DNA of 64,000 nucleotides from a bacterium. GTDB lineage: Bacteria > Bdellovibrionota_C > UBA2361 > CALJRW01. Made by a program: the position numbers and the translations under genes. Shown here piece by piece: positions 29,918-40,700 of this stretch (the first letter of the stretch is position 1; every line of letters begins with the position of its first letter). The stretch is taken from positions 32,001-96,000 of the forward strand of contig JANNBC010000007.1 in NCBI GenBank assembly GCA_031385045.1, in the 5' to 3' direction. Below the pieces are notes generated by a model. The model was not told the origin of the DNA. It did no database searches and was given only the letters and a program-made list of their open reading frames with translations.

Positions 29918-30973
29918 ATGAGCAATCAAAACTATGATTTTTTAATACTAGGACAGGGACTAGCTGGAAGCCTATTAGGTTGGAACTTGGAGCAACAAAA
30001 ACAGAGCTACCTAATTATTGATCTGCCCAATCGAAACTCTGCCTCTGGAGTTAGCGCGGGAATTGTGAATCCCTTAATTGGTCGTAGCTTTAATTTGCCT
30101 TGGAATTTTTCTGTCTTAAATGCTGAAGCTCGATCCCTTTATCAAGAACTTTCCTCAAAATTTGCCAGCAATTTTTTGCATGATAAAAAAATACTAAGAG
30201 TTCTAAACAGTCCCAAGCAACAAGAGCAAATTAACCAAAAACTTCAAATCAAAGAATATCAAGAATATATTGGGGAACAGATCGGATGTTATCAATCATT
30301 AAATTTTAAACATCAAGCTTTTTGGACTAACAAATCTTACTGGATAGATATTACAGGCCTTGTTGAGTCATTGCGAAATTTTTTTATTGCCCAGAAACGA
30401 TTACTAGAATTAAATTTTGACTATCAACAATTAGAAATATCTATTGATAAAATTAGCTATCAAAATCTTAACTTTAAAAAAGTTATTTTTGCTGAGGGGT
30501 ACCGAGCAATTAATAATCCATTTGCTGATTTTTTAGAATTTCGGCCAGCCAAAGGAGAGATTCTGGATCTTAAAATTCCTGATTTAAATCTAGATTTCAT
30601 CCTTAACTTTGGTCACTTTTTGCTACCACTGGGAAGTGATTGTTATCGCCTGGGAGCTACATATGGTTGGAGCGATTGGGAAGAAGAACTGTTATTAAAT
30701 CAAGAGCATCCTTTGCTGGTTGCCTTGGAGGAATTAACAAAACTGCCTTACGAAATAATTAGACAAAAACTGGGTGTTCGTCCAATTGTTGCCGGACAAA
30801 AACCAGTAATTGGTCAACATCCAAGCTATCCTGATTTATACTTTCTAAATGGCTTGGGATCAAAGGGAGCCTTATTAGCTCCTTACTCTGCGAAGCAATT
30901 AATCAATCACCTACTTTCCCAAGAAGTAATTAATCCAGAAATTAGTACTGCCAGATTTTATCAAAATATCTAA
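29918..30973 (+). CDS. FAD-dependent oxidoreductase (DAO / MnmC oxidase-domain-like)
   Basis: GQGLAG, ASGVSAG, AKGE, GATY, GVRP, NGLGSKG. Confidence 0.82.
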   Translation: MSNQNYDFLILGQGLAGSLLGWNLEQQKQSYLIIDLPNRNSASGVSAGIVNPLIGRSFNLPWNFSVLNAEARSLYQELSSKFASNFLHDKKILRVLNSPKQQEQINQKLQIKEYQEYIGEQIGCYQSLNFKHQAFWTNKSYWIDITGLVESLRNFFIAQKRLLELNFDYQQLEISIDKISYQNLNFKKVIFAEGYRAINNPFADFLEFRPAKGEILDLKIPDLNLDFILNFGHFLLPLGSDCYRLGATYGWSDWEEELLLNQEHPLLVALEELTKLPYEIIRQKLGVRPIVAGQKPVIGQHPSYPDLYFLNGLGSKGALLAPYSAKQLINHLLSQEVINPEISTARFYQNI

Positions 30974-30978
30974 AAAAT

Positions 30979-31539
30979 ATGAAACTTACCGAGCATTGTC
31001 ATCAGCTTTTACTACCTTATCTCAAAAACAGTAAAATTGCTGTTGATGCAACTTTTGGAAACGGAAATGACATTCTCTTCCTGGCTAAGAATCTTGCCAA
31101 GGAAGCCCAAATTTTTGGCTTTGATATCCAAGAGCAAGCCTTTATGAAAACTACGGAATTATTACATCAAGCTCAGGTAACTAACTGCAAACTATTTTTA
31201 GCTGGTCATGAAAATATCAAAGCAATCTTAGAGCTAGAGAAAGTCTCTGAAATAGATCTAGTAATGTTTAATCTGGGGTATCTTCCTCAGGGAGATAAAT
31301 CAATCACTACCACTGAGACAAAAACAATCTTAGCCCTCAGTCAAAGCTTAGAAATGTTGAGTCAGAATGGCCTCCTAAGCTTAATGATTTATCCAGGACA
31401 CCCCGAGGGCATAGTCGAATCGGAATCAATTAATACTTGGCTTATAAATCTACCAAAGAATTATCAGTGTATAAAAATGGAGAATTATCCAATAAAAGCT
31501 AATAGTCCTTACCTAATTTTAATTACCAGACGTAATTAA
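30979..31539 (+). CDS. mnmM: YtqB/MnmM-like SAM methyltransferase
   Basis: VDATFGNGND, GFDIQ, GHE, FNLGYLPQGDK, YPGH. Confidence 0.8.
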   Translation: MKLTEHCHQLLLPYLKNSKIAVDATFGNGNDILFLAKNLAKEAQIFGFDIQEQAFMKTTELLHQAQVTNCKLFLAGHENIKAILELEKVSEIDLVMFNLGYLPQGDKSITTTETKTILALSQSLEMLSQNGLLSLMIYPGHPEGIVESESINTWLINLPKNYQCIKMENYPIKANSPYLILITRRN

Positions 31540-31541
31540 AC

Positions 31542-32309
31542 TTACATAATACATTTTTTCTGATCATATACTGGCAAACGAATAATTAATGTTTCATTGT
31601 TTTCTTGTCTAATCGGTAAGGATCGAAGTGTTAGTATATCATTTAAATCTGCTTCCAACTCTTTCATGGCACCGGCCTTCTTAGTGAAATTAGCAAATTC
31701 TCGATCTGCATAACTTTTTAAAACTGGGAAGTTATTATCTCCAATAGTTAATTTAGGAAAAAACAGTTTATTACCTTTCTTATGTAAAATTTGCTTATAA
31801 TAAATTTTATCTCGAGGCTCGCCAGGAGCTAAATGAATATTCCGTTGATAGGCCTTAATTAAATGATCAAAGCTCCAAACTTCCTTACCGCTACATAGAA
31901 TAGCGCCATTAAGACCCTTGCAGATTGATAAAATAATCGGAATATTATCTGCTTCCGGCAAACTAAGATTGAGAATTTTAGGTTGATCAGAATATCCTTT
32001 AACAACATCTTTTAAATTTTGAAATGGAATTGTGTTAGAAATTAGCGTTTGAACATCTTCTTTTTTGTTACCAAGCAACTTAGTTGAAAGAAAAAGTCCT
32101 GCTCCACCCAAATTAGTAGAGAAGAATACTTCCTCTTTAATGAAGTCATAATCTCCCTGCATACAACGGCCAGGAAATTGCAAACTCAAAGGAATTTTTT
32201 GACCCGGAATAATGTTAATAAAATCCATCGCATCTGGCTCTTCTGCCATGCAGACAGAAAGAGCAGTAGTAAAAACTACAATAAAAACTAATAATTTCTT
32301 AAGATTCAT
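31542..32309 (-). CDS. Secreted hypothetical protein, third gene of the adhesin-like cluster
   Basis: Signal peptide, several Cys, starts 7 nt after the stop of the Hint-domain gene. Confidence 0.6.
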   Translation of the reverse strand: MNLKKLLVFIVVFTTALSVCMAEEPDAMDFINIIPGQKIPLSLQFPGRCMQGDYDFIKEEVFFSTNLGGAGLFLSTKLLGNKKEDVQTLISNTIPFQNLKDVVKGYSDQPKILNLSLPEADNIPIILSICKGLNGAILCSGKEVWSFDHLIKAYQRNIHLAPGEPRDKIYYKQILHKKGNKLFFPKLTIGDNNFPVLKSYADREFANFTKKAGAMKELEADLNDILTLRSLPIRQENNETLIIRLPVYDQKKCIM

Positions 32310-32316
32310 CTATCCT

Positions 32317-34632
32317 CTATTTAGCCACACCAGCTAAGATCTGTTGAACCAAATAATCACCGGTTACAACTCCTTCGGCTAATACCATCCGGTCATCGGA
32401 ACTACTACTATCAGTCTTAACTCTAAAATTAATTACAACTTGATCGTCATTGCTTGGTAATACTTCAATCTGCAGAATTGGAGTATCCCCAGTTTCGGCA
32501 ACTAATAAATCTCCTACCCTTAGATTACGAGCTTGAACTAAACCTTCGGAAGTGAGCATTGGGTGAGTTTGGGTGACAAGAATCTCTCCCACCTTAGATC
32601 GCAATCTAATCATTGGCGCCACTTCCGCAGATTCGATAACTAACTCGATTGGCAGATCTTGCCCAGTAACTGGATTTTTAACCAAATCACCAGCGCGAAC
32701 ATTTTTAATAGCCTTAGAAGTCCCATCCGCCATCAAGATCTTAGTCTCTGGGTCAAAACATCCAGCGGTACGTTGAGTTGTACATGTTTTATTTGGTTCC
32801 TTAGGCGCTCTACTTGGACTAGGCTCTGGTTTTGGATCACATGGCTTCGGATCAAAATGCCAAACTCCAGAATTATCTAAATAGACATTAGTACAATCAT
32901 CTTCACAAGCACAGGCTGAAACATCAACTCCAGGACAACAAGTATGTTCTCCAGTAACACTTCCATAGTAGTTCGTAACAGGAGGATTACATCCACTACT
33001 AGGATCTATTAAAAGATCATGATCAAATCCACAACTTTTATTGCACCAAACATTTGCTAATGGCGCAATATCGTTCTCAGGGGCATCACATTTAGTAACA
33101 AGCCCCATTTTAAGTAGCTTATTGCAAACAGCGAGAAGATTATCATCAAAAACTTTTTGATTAAATTCTTGCCTGACATAAGCAAAACTTTTTGCAAGGG
33201 GAGCTGGAACTAAATCTTTTGCTTTATCAGTCCACTGAGGAGCTCCGGCTACTTCAGTATTGGCAGTACCAAAAATTGCATAGTCACAATCCTCTGTAGA
33301 ATCTAGTACCCCATCTCCACAACTTGGGCCACCATCAATTGTACAATTAATACTACACTTGGAATCTTGAATAAGTTTTCCAATGCCGTTACTATCCTCA
33401 ACATAAATAGTACTGCCATTGTTATAGCCATCATCACATGCTTCGGGACGAGCCTCTGCAATTGAAACCACATTCCCATCTTTATCTATTGGCTCAAAGT
33501 AATAATTTCTAGCAATTGGATCAATTTGACCATCACCACAGTAAGCATCATCAATGACACAAAACCCAATCCGATCGCGACTAATTTTATTATTAGCAAG
33601 ATTTGTGACAGTTACTGTATTTTCATGGTAGGTCATTGACTGCCGAAAGAAGAAGGGCTTAATAATCGTAATTGTCATTGCCGATTGTGGAGCAAGTTTA
33701 AAACTACTAGTTGCTGGATCGAAATTACATAAATTTGAGCCTGAGGAAGAACAAGTAATATTTTTGGAATTTATTTTAGCTTGGATAGCGCTAGCACTGG
33801 AAAAATATGAACTAAAGTCAGTGTCTTGAATTGTAAAATTAACTTCTGTAGAACTTGGATTAATAATATCAAAACCAATATCCATGGCATCCTGAACAAC
33901 TGTCAAAGAGTAGGTATGATCCTTGGCGGTTTGGTAATTATTTTGATATTCATCGGGAGAACTAACACAAACTGATGAGTCTACATAACTGTCATATTTA
34001 GTACCTACTGCGACTGGCATAGATATTACACTCCACCCAGAAATAGGCTCTGTAATAAGCGCATACTTATCAACCCTTAACTCTGTTCCATCTCCAATAC
34101 AAAAGCAGGCATAATCTTCCACTAAACCTGTAAAACTTGCGGGCGAGGCTTCTGCTGCGGACATGGGATATTTAACTTGAATTTTATTACAGTGAACGCC
34201 AAAGGGATTAGCATCTGCTTGAGTAAGCACCTTAGAAACCTGAATCGTCCAAGTCTCCCCAATCGACAGTATCCCATCATTTCCAGCATCACCCTTATAG
34301 ATTACAGAACTAGTAGTACTGGCCTGGAAGTTACTTGGCATTACAGGAGGAAGGATAATTTTATCATCAGAGACTAAAACCTTGCTAGCGGGAATATTAA
34401 TAAGACCATTATTGGTAATATCATAATTAAAAACAGTAGTCGCCCCAACCGCAAACTTTCCAGAATCACTAACAGTACTACAATCTGTTGTTTCGTTGAT
34501 TTGTTTTTTCTCTTGAAGATTTACACCACTACAGATCTCCTGCGCCAGAAGTTCAAGATTGCTAGAAATTAAAAGTAAGGCTGTAAATACCCCTAATAAA
34601 ATCTTAACTGGTGAATTAACTTTACTATTCAT
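32317..34632 (-). CDS. Secreted Ig-like/Cys-rich repeat protein with C-terminal Hint domain
   Basis: Signal peptide; Y.ITN.G...DD...GETW Ig-like repeat; CGDG...CD repeats; Pro-rich linker; AG|CFDPETKILMADG, TQTH, AEGVVTGD. Confidence 0.85.
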   Translation of the reverse strand: MNSKVNSPVKILLGVFTALLLISSNLELLAQEICSGVNLQEKKQINETTDCSTVSDSGKFAVGATTVFNYDITNNGLINIPASKVLVSDDKIILPPVMPSNFQASTTSSVIYKGDAGNDGILSIGETWTIQVSKVLTQADANPFGVHCNKIQVKYPMSAAEASPASFTGLVEDYACFCIGDGTELRVDKYALITEPISGWSVISMPVAVGTKYDSYVDSSVCVSSPDEYQNNYQTAKDHTYSLTVVQDAMDIGFDIINPSSTEVNFTIQDTDFSSYFSSASAIQAKINSKNITCSSSGSNLCNFDPATSSFKLAPQSAMTITIIKPFFFRQSMTYHENTVTVTNLANNKISRDRIGFCVIDDAYCGDGQIDPIARNYYFEPIDKDGNVVSIAEARPEACDDGYNNGSTIYVEDSNGIGKLIQDSKCSINCTIDGGPSCGDGVLDSTEDCDYAIFGTANTEVAGAPQWTDKAKDLVPAPLAKSFAYVRQEFNQKVFDDNLLAVCNKLLKMGLVTKCDAPENDIAPLANVWCNKSCGFDHDLLIDPSSGCNPPVTNYYGSVTGEHTCCPGVDVSACACEDDCTNVYLDNSGVWHFDPKPCDPKPEPSPSRAPKEPNKTCTTQRTAGCFDPETKILMADGTSKAIKNVRAGDLVKNPVTGQDLPIELVIESAEVAPMIRLRSKVGEILVTQTHPMLTSEGLVQARNLRVGDLLVAETGDTPILQIEVLPSNDDQVVINFRVKTDSSSSDDRMVLAEGVVTGDYLVQQILAGVAK

Positions 34633-34745
34633 ATATACAAATAACTTAACATGCCACTTTTTCCCTTACTAGAGATTAGCATAGTGACGTGCCGACACAA
34701 GGCCTTTGTTAAAAAATTCAAACCTGCTTTCGATTAAATTTTCAA

Positions 34746-37700
34746 TCATGGCTTAACCACCCTTTCAGCAGTCCAAGAGTAGCCTATTTTCTGATCTCTA
34801 AATTGATTTTGACTGTCGGCAATCATTCCTCCATTTTGAGCACTAATTAGTGCGTTGGAAACAATTAAAATATCTCCTGCTTTAACAGCAAAATTTAGAG
34901 CGATGTCACCACTTGGATCAACCTTAGACCCACCGAGTAGCGGAAATGATTTAAGCCTTGTGACAAACTCTCCACTTGGCATCAATATTTTTTCCTCAAC
35001 TATAGACATGCCGGCAATCCTGCCATTTCTTGCAAAGATTGAAAGATAGCCATTATTAGTAGGATCAACCTTTGATACCCACTTCCAAAGTCCCTGAATC
35101 GACTTCGTCTCAGCAGTAGAATTATTACTAATTTCATTTTTTAGCGGCACATTACTAGCTGATCCAATCACTTTATTTTGATCATCAGTCTTGGAGTCTT
35201 TACTAGATGTTTTTTGCAATCTCTGAATTTCTCTAAGTGCATCACCTTCATTTAGATAACTTCCAGAGTACCAATCAACAGTTCTTCCAGTAACCTCCTG
35301 ACCATCTTTGAAAAGAATAAATCCATTATTTGCGTAAAGATCTTTTACATCATCTTCAAAATCAAAGTTTACTTTGATTGATTTTAATCCATAGGTGCGA
35401 GCATCAATAACTTCACTGTCATCACTGACAGCATTAGCATTTTCATCAAACCAGAGCGAAATTGGGGTTAGCTCCTCTCCTTCTAAGTACCCATTATTAT
35501 TTTTATCTAAACTACCTAAAGCTTCATATCCATTTGCCCATGGTGCTTTAGTTTTAAGATTTCCGCCAAATGTAAAGTTACCAAACAACATCGATCCATC
35601 CTTAATTTGACCTGACTTCTTAGGATCAAATACTAAAAGCGGCCTGTTAGCATTTGCTTTCCACACAACCCATTCTTTTTCTTTAGCTGGGTTAAGAGAG
35701 AATTTTTTTGGAACAAAAAACGAAGTTAAATCTTCATTGAGAATTAAAGAAATAGGCGATAAGGCCGCAGTAATATCAACTTCTCCACAGACACCAAGCT
35801 CCTGCAGATTAACATCTTTATTACTCACTACATTGCAATCCTTATCTAGGTAGTATCGATTGATACCTTGATTAGACATCTGAGTGGTCATTGCACTATA
35901 TGCTCTTTCGAAAGCTAGATCCCAGCCCCAAGTACAAGGCCGAGTTACATCAACAGAGGTAGTACCATCTGCATTATACACCATTCTCAATTCACAATCT
36001 GGATTAATAAATGGATCTGAGATTCTGCTCCCATAGGTATAAATAAATGCCTCATAATTTGATGCCATTTCACGGTAGGTTGTAGGACCTCCTGCCCAAG
36101 CACTATCTAAAAATGCAGGAATGCTAAATCCAGTTATTTGTTGAACTAATTGATAATACTTTAGATCATCCGCTACATTACCATAAACTTGTTTTGAGAA
36201 GGTCATTCCATAGTAATCAGTTGACGATCTCACGACGTTTGGATTTAATGAATCTTGTGGAGAGTTGTGATCATACAGCTCTTTTTGATAAAGATTGTCA
36301 TTCAAACCTTCAGAGCCGATTAGTTGGCTAACACAAGAAATCCGACCTTCCATTTGTGATTTCCAAAGCTGATATTCCGGAATATCATCGCATGTTATTC
36401 CATTCTGGATAATTGAATTATTTTTAACGCAATTTTGAGCAAGGACATTCATTCCATAAAGAGAACCATTGTCTTTATAAGAAATATCACTTTGATCCGA
36501 TTGATAACCTAATTTAAATTTCCAATAATTAATTAATACACCTTGAAAGTTAATCTCTGTTAATTCACAGCTCTTAATCTGGCATCTAAATGTGCAATTC
36601 TCTGGATCTCCAGCAAAATCGCATTGTTCGCCACCATTAATAATTCCATCTCCACAGTAGGTACAAGCAGCTCCATATGTTCTGCAATTAAGTGGATCTT
36701 GTAGAGATTTATCTAGAGCGGTAGTCCCGAAAGGACCTTTATAAGCGAAGTCACAGGTCTCTGGAGCTTCAATAATGCCATTACCACATCGAGGACCACC
36801 AGTCCCAACACAAAACGAAGCGTAGTCAGAACTTTCAACGCTAGCTCCACCAACGGTAGATGTACCCCTTACAACTACATCATTACGATGCGGTCCAGCT
36901 GGTAACATAAAAGCACCAGCATTATAAATCCAAACTTCCCCTTGCTCTAAAATTCCATTGCGATTGGAATCGCCACTTGGAGAATAAGCTAGCGGATCGG
37001 ATGCTGTAAACCTATAGGAGTTACCAAGGACAGCATCAGTCAGAACAAGATTGGAGACAGCAGGAGACCCTGGCTTAAGCTTCACTTCATAACTAAAAGC
37101 TGCATATTGATCCGTTGTGATAAAATTTGTGATCAAACTATTTGTTCTATCACAGTTAGTAATATCTCTTCTCACTGGCTCCACAGTATTGGTATTGTTA
37201 GATGTAACCTTTTTAATAACTATAATATCTGATGTACTGGTATCAACAATTAAGCAAGTTGAATTACAATAAGCAGTCCCAGCTACATTGGAAGGCATTT
37301 TTGAACCATCACATTGCTCACTTCCATTAATAATACCATCACCGCAATAAGGTTCTAGTTCACACCAAGAATTACATGTAGCCCCTTTAGGGTGTGGCTG
37401 GATACCTGGAATATTATCAAAGTCTCCTCCATCACAAGCTTCCCCAGATTCTCTAATTCCATTACCACAAAAACCAATTTCTAAATCACAAGATGGTGTA
37501 CAAACTTCGTTATTAGTGGAGCTCTGAACCCCACTTGCCAAACCAAAATCTCGATTATCACAATACTCAGGACTTTCTCTAAGACCATTACCGCACCCTA
37601 ATGGTATTAATCGGCAATTTGCTGAACAGATCACTCCAGCAGCAGTACCAGCTGGAACTACCGTACCATCACACTCTTCGTAACCATTAATTATTCCATC

Positions 37701-40700
37701 TCCGCAGACTGGTGCAATCTTACAAGACCAATCACAAATTGATCCATCGGTAGTTTTTTGAACTCCTGGATCTAAACTAAAATCTAAGGCATCACAGACT
37801 TCTGTGCCTTCTCTGATACTATTACCACAATAAGTATAGTAAATATCGCAGACATCCGTGCAGGAGTCTCCAGAGGTGCTAGGTTGCACCCCTTGTAACG
37901 TAGAGAAATCATTGCCATCACAGGACTCACCATTCTCAGACTCCATCAAGCCATTACCACAGATAATTGGAACAATTTTACATTCTGAACAAGTGGAAGT
38001 AGACGGTGTGCCTACAGGTATTACTCCACCATCACATTCTTCTCCTGGCTCAATAATATTATTGCCACAGATACCTGGGCATTGACCTACCTTCTTAACA
38101 ACTGTCACGCTTGGACCAGAATCAATTACGCAAAAGGATGAATTGTCAGTCGTTGGAGCGACAACTGAATTGTCAATATTTTTGGCTGTCACATTAACAG
38201 TATTACTATGTCCACCTGTAGCCAGAGTTGTATTTAATAATTGATAAATCCAAACTTCGCCAAACTCCAAGATATTATTCCCATTATCACCACTTACATA
38301 AACTGGCGTACCAATTTTATTATCAGAAAGGACTAAATCTTTAATTGGATTAGTGTTGCCGTCTTTTAATTTAACTTCAAATCGAAAATTTACTTTTTCG
38401 GATCTGGTAATAAAGAAGTCGCTAGTACTTTGAACGTTCGCACAATTTAGTATCGAATGTTTACGTTGCAGGTAATTACTTTCAGTACTTTTAGAAACTA
38501 GTTTTCGCACCACCGCTTCGCCTTTGCCGGTAACACAAACACCAACGGAACTAGTAGCAACTACACTACTACCAGCAGAGTCAGTCCCAAGTACTGTTGC
38601 TGTATTAAGCAGAGCTCCAAGGTTACTAGCAGTAAACGAAATTGTTGGGGTGTAAGTACGAGAAGAATTTGGTAAGATTGTAAATGCTGGGGATGTTGGT
38701 AATAAATGCCCTCCCGCTCCAAAAAGCATCGTGTCATTAATCTGAGTAATTGTTACTGGTAAGCCCCCATCATTAAAAATCTCAAAGGAATAATTAACTG
38801 TAGCAGACTGATGAACAATTTTATTATTAGTAACTTGTTTAAGGATATTAGTAATATCACAATCAGCATTGCTAGTGACATTAGTGACGATATTATCATT
38901 AACAAATGTTTTACTTTCTGAAAGTGCTCGCTTAACTACCCGAATCCCAGATTTATAAGTAAGCTTACAACCGAAATTAGGAGTATTGTTAGTAATCTCA
39001 TCATTAATTGAAGTGCAACCATTAATTGAAGTATTCTCTAATTGCTTTTGAGCTAAAGTTTTACTTGCGCCAATAGTTCCAAAGTCATTTCCATCGCATT
39101 GTTCCGTAGCATGATCTACAACTCCATTTCCGCAACCAATCGTGGTAAATTCAGTTTTAACTGGTAGCGAAGATGCAAAACCATTAGAGACTCCAACTTG
39201 GGCAGTACTCGAATGAAGTCCAAGATTATCAAATGGAATAAATTTAAAATCATTGACCGAGAAAGTAACCGTTTGCCCTGGAGCTAAAGGAGCTCTTGGT
39301 AAAGAAGTCGGTGCTTTTGTTAAGTCAGGCCAGGAACTTCCACTGGCAATAATGGCATCAACTACCGAAATAAGATCTAATGGGCTAGGTCCTGTATTTT
39401 GAATACTATATTCAACTAGCACCACAGCCTGAAGTTTACCACCACTAATGATAGTTGGTTTAGGTTGATAGTCTCTTATATTAATTGTACCTTTAACTAC
39501 ATTCTCCCCAAGCAAGATCGCACTACTTGCAGCTGGGAGAGAGAAATCTCTTTGCGTACTACTAATACTAGTCCCAGAATTTTTAATAGTCTTAGTTACG
39601 CGAACAGTTTCTAAGTAATTTAAGTTACAAGTATTAGAACAGCTCTCAACATTTGCTGGCTTACCAGCAAGACCAAAGTCTAAACCATCACAGGCTTCAC
39701 TTGTTTCTTTAAATCCATCCCCGCAACCTGTAACACAATATCCAACCGTATCAGAGGCCTCAACGTTTACACCATTTAAGTCTTCCCCTTCAACCTTAGC
39801 TAGGTTTCTAACTAAACCAAGAGTGCTGGCAAGATAAGGAATAGCAGGTGACGGAGTATATGTCCTAGATTGTCCAGCCGGAATGGAAATTGCTGGATTA
39901 ATTGCAAATGAATTCAAACCAAGTTGTGCATCTGTGATGCGATCAACGGTCACTGGCAAACCTCCAGTATTTGTAATCACAAAACTATAATTCACATTGG
40001 TATTTCGAGTAACAACTTTCTTATTGGTTATTTGAGTTTGAATGTTTGTACCCTGACATTGAATTGCAGAGCTTACGACTTTGGGATCGCCAGTAATATC
40101 TTCGATTGTTCCGGTAGAGCTAGTGGCAATTTTATTTAACGTGATGAAAGCATCGTAAGTATACTTACAACTTGCATTACATCCTGTGGCTAGACCAGGA
40201 GCAGAACCCATGTTCGCACCATCGCATTGCTCGGGGACAGTTGCATTAATATCAACAAAACCATCACCACAACCTGTGACACAGACTCCAACAGAATCAC
40301 TCGCACTTACAGCAGTGTTACTTGTGTCAGTTCCATAAATCGTTCCTGAATTTCTAAGTAATCCTAAACTATTTGCAGGGTAAGGATTACTTGCAAAGGC
40401 GGGAATATATGTATAGCTTAGCCCCGGGGCAATGGAGACATTACCAGGAATGATTGCATTATTTAGTCCAAGTAGCGGATCATCAATCCTATCTAAGCGG
40501 ACAGCTCTGCCTCCGGTATTAGTAATAATAAATTGATAACTAACTGAGGAGGATTGTTTAATTACCTTACTATTAGTAATTTGAGTCTGAATATTAGACC
40601 CCTGACATTGATTAACTGTAGTCACATCAGTAGCAGCACTTGTATCTTCAAAAGTCTTACCGCTAACAATCGCCTGCTTAACTAGAGAAATCCCTGAGTT

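Noticed and set aside
34677..34700. Sigma54-like promoter upstream of the Hint-domain gene (CGGCAC...ATGC)
   Set aside because: GG to GC spacing is 11 nt, not the required 10
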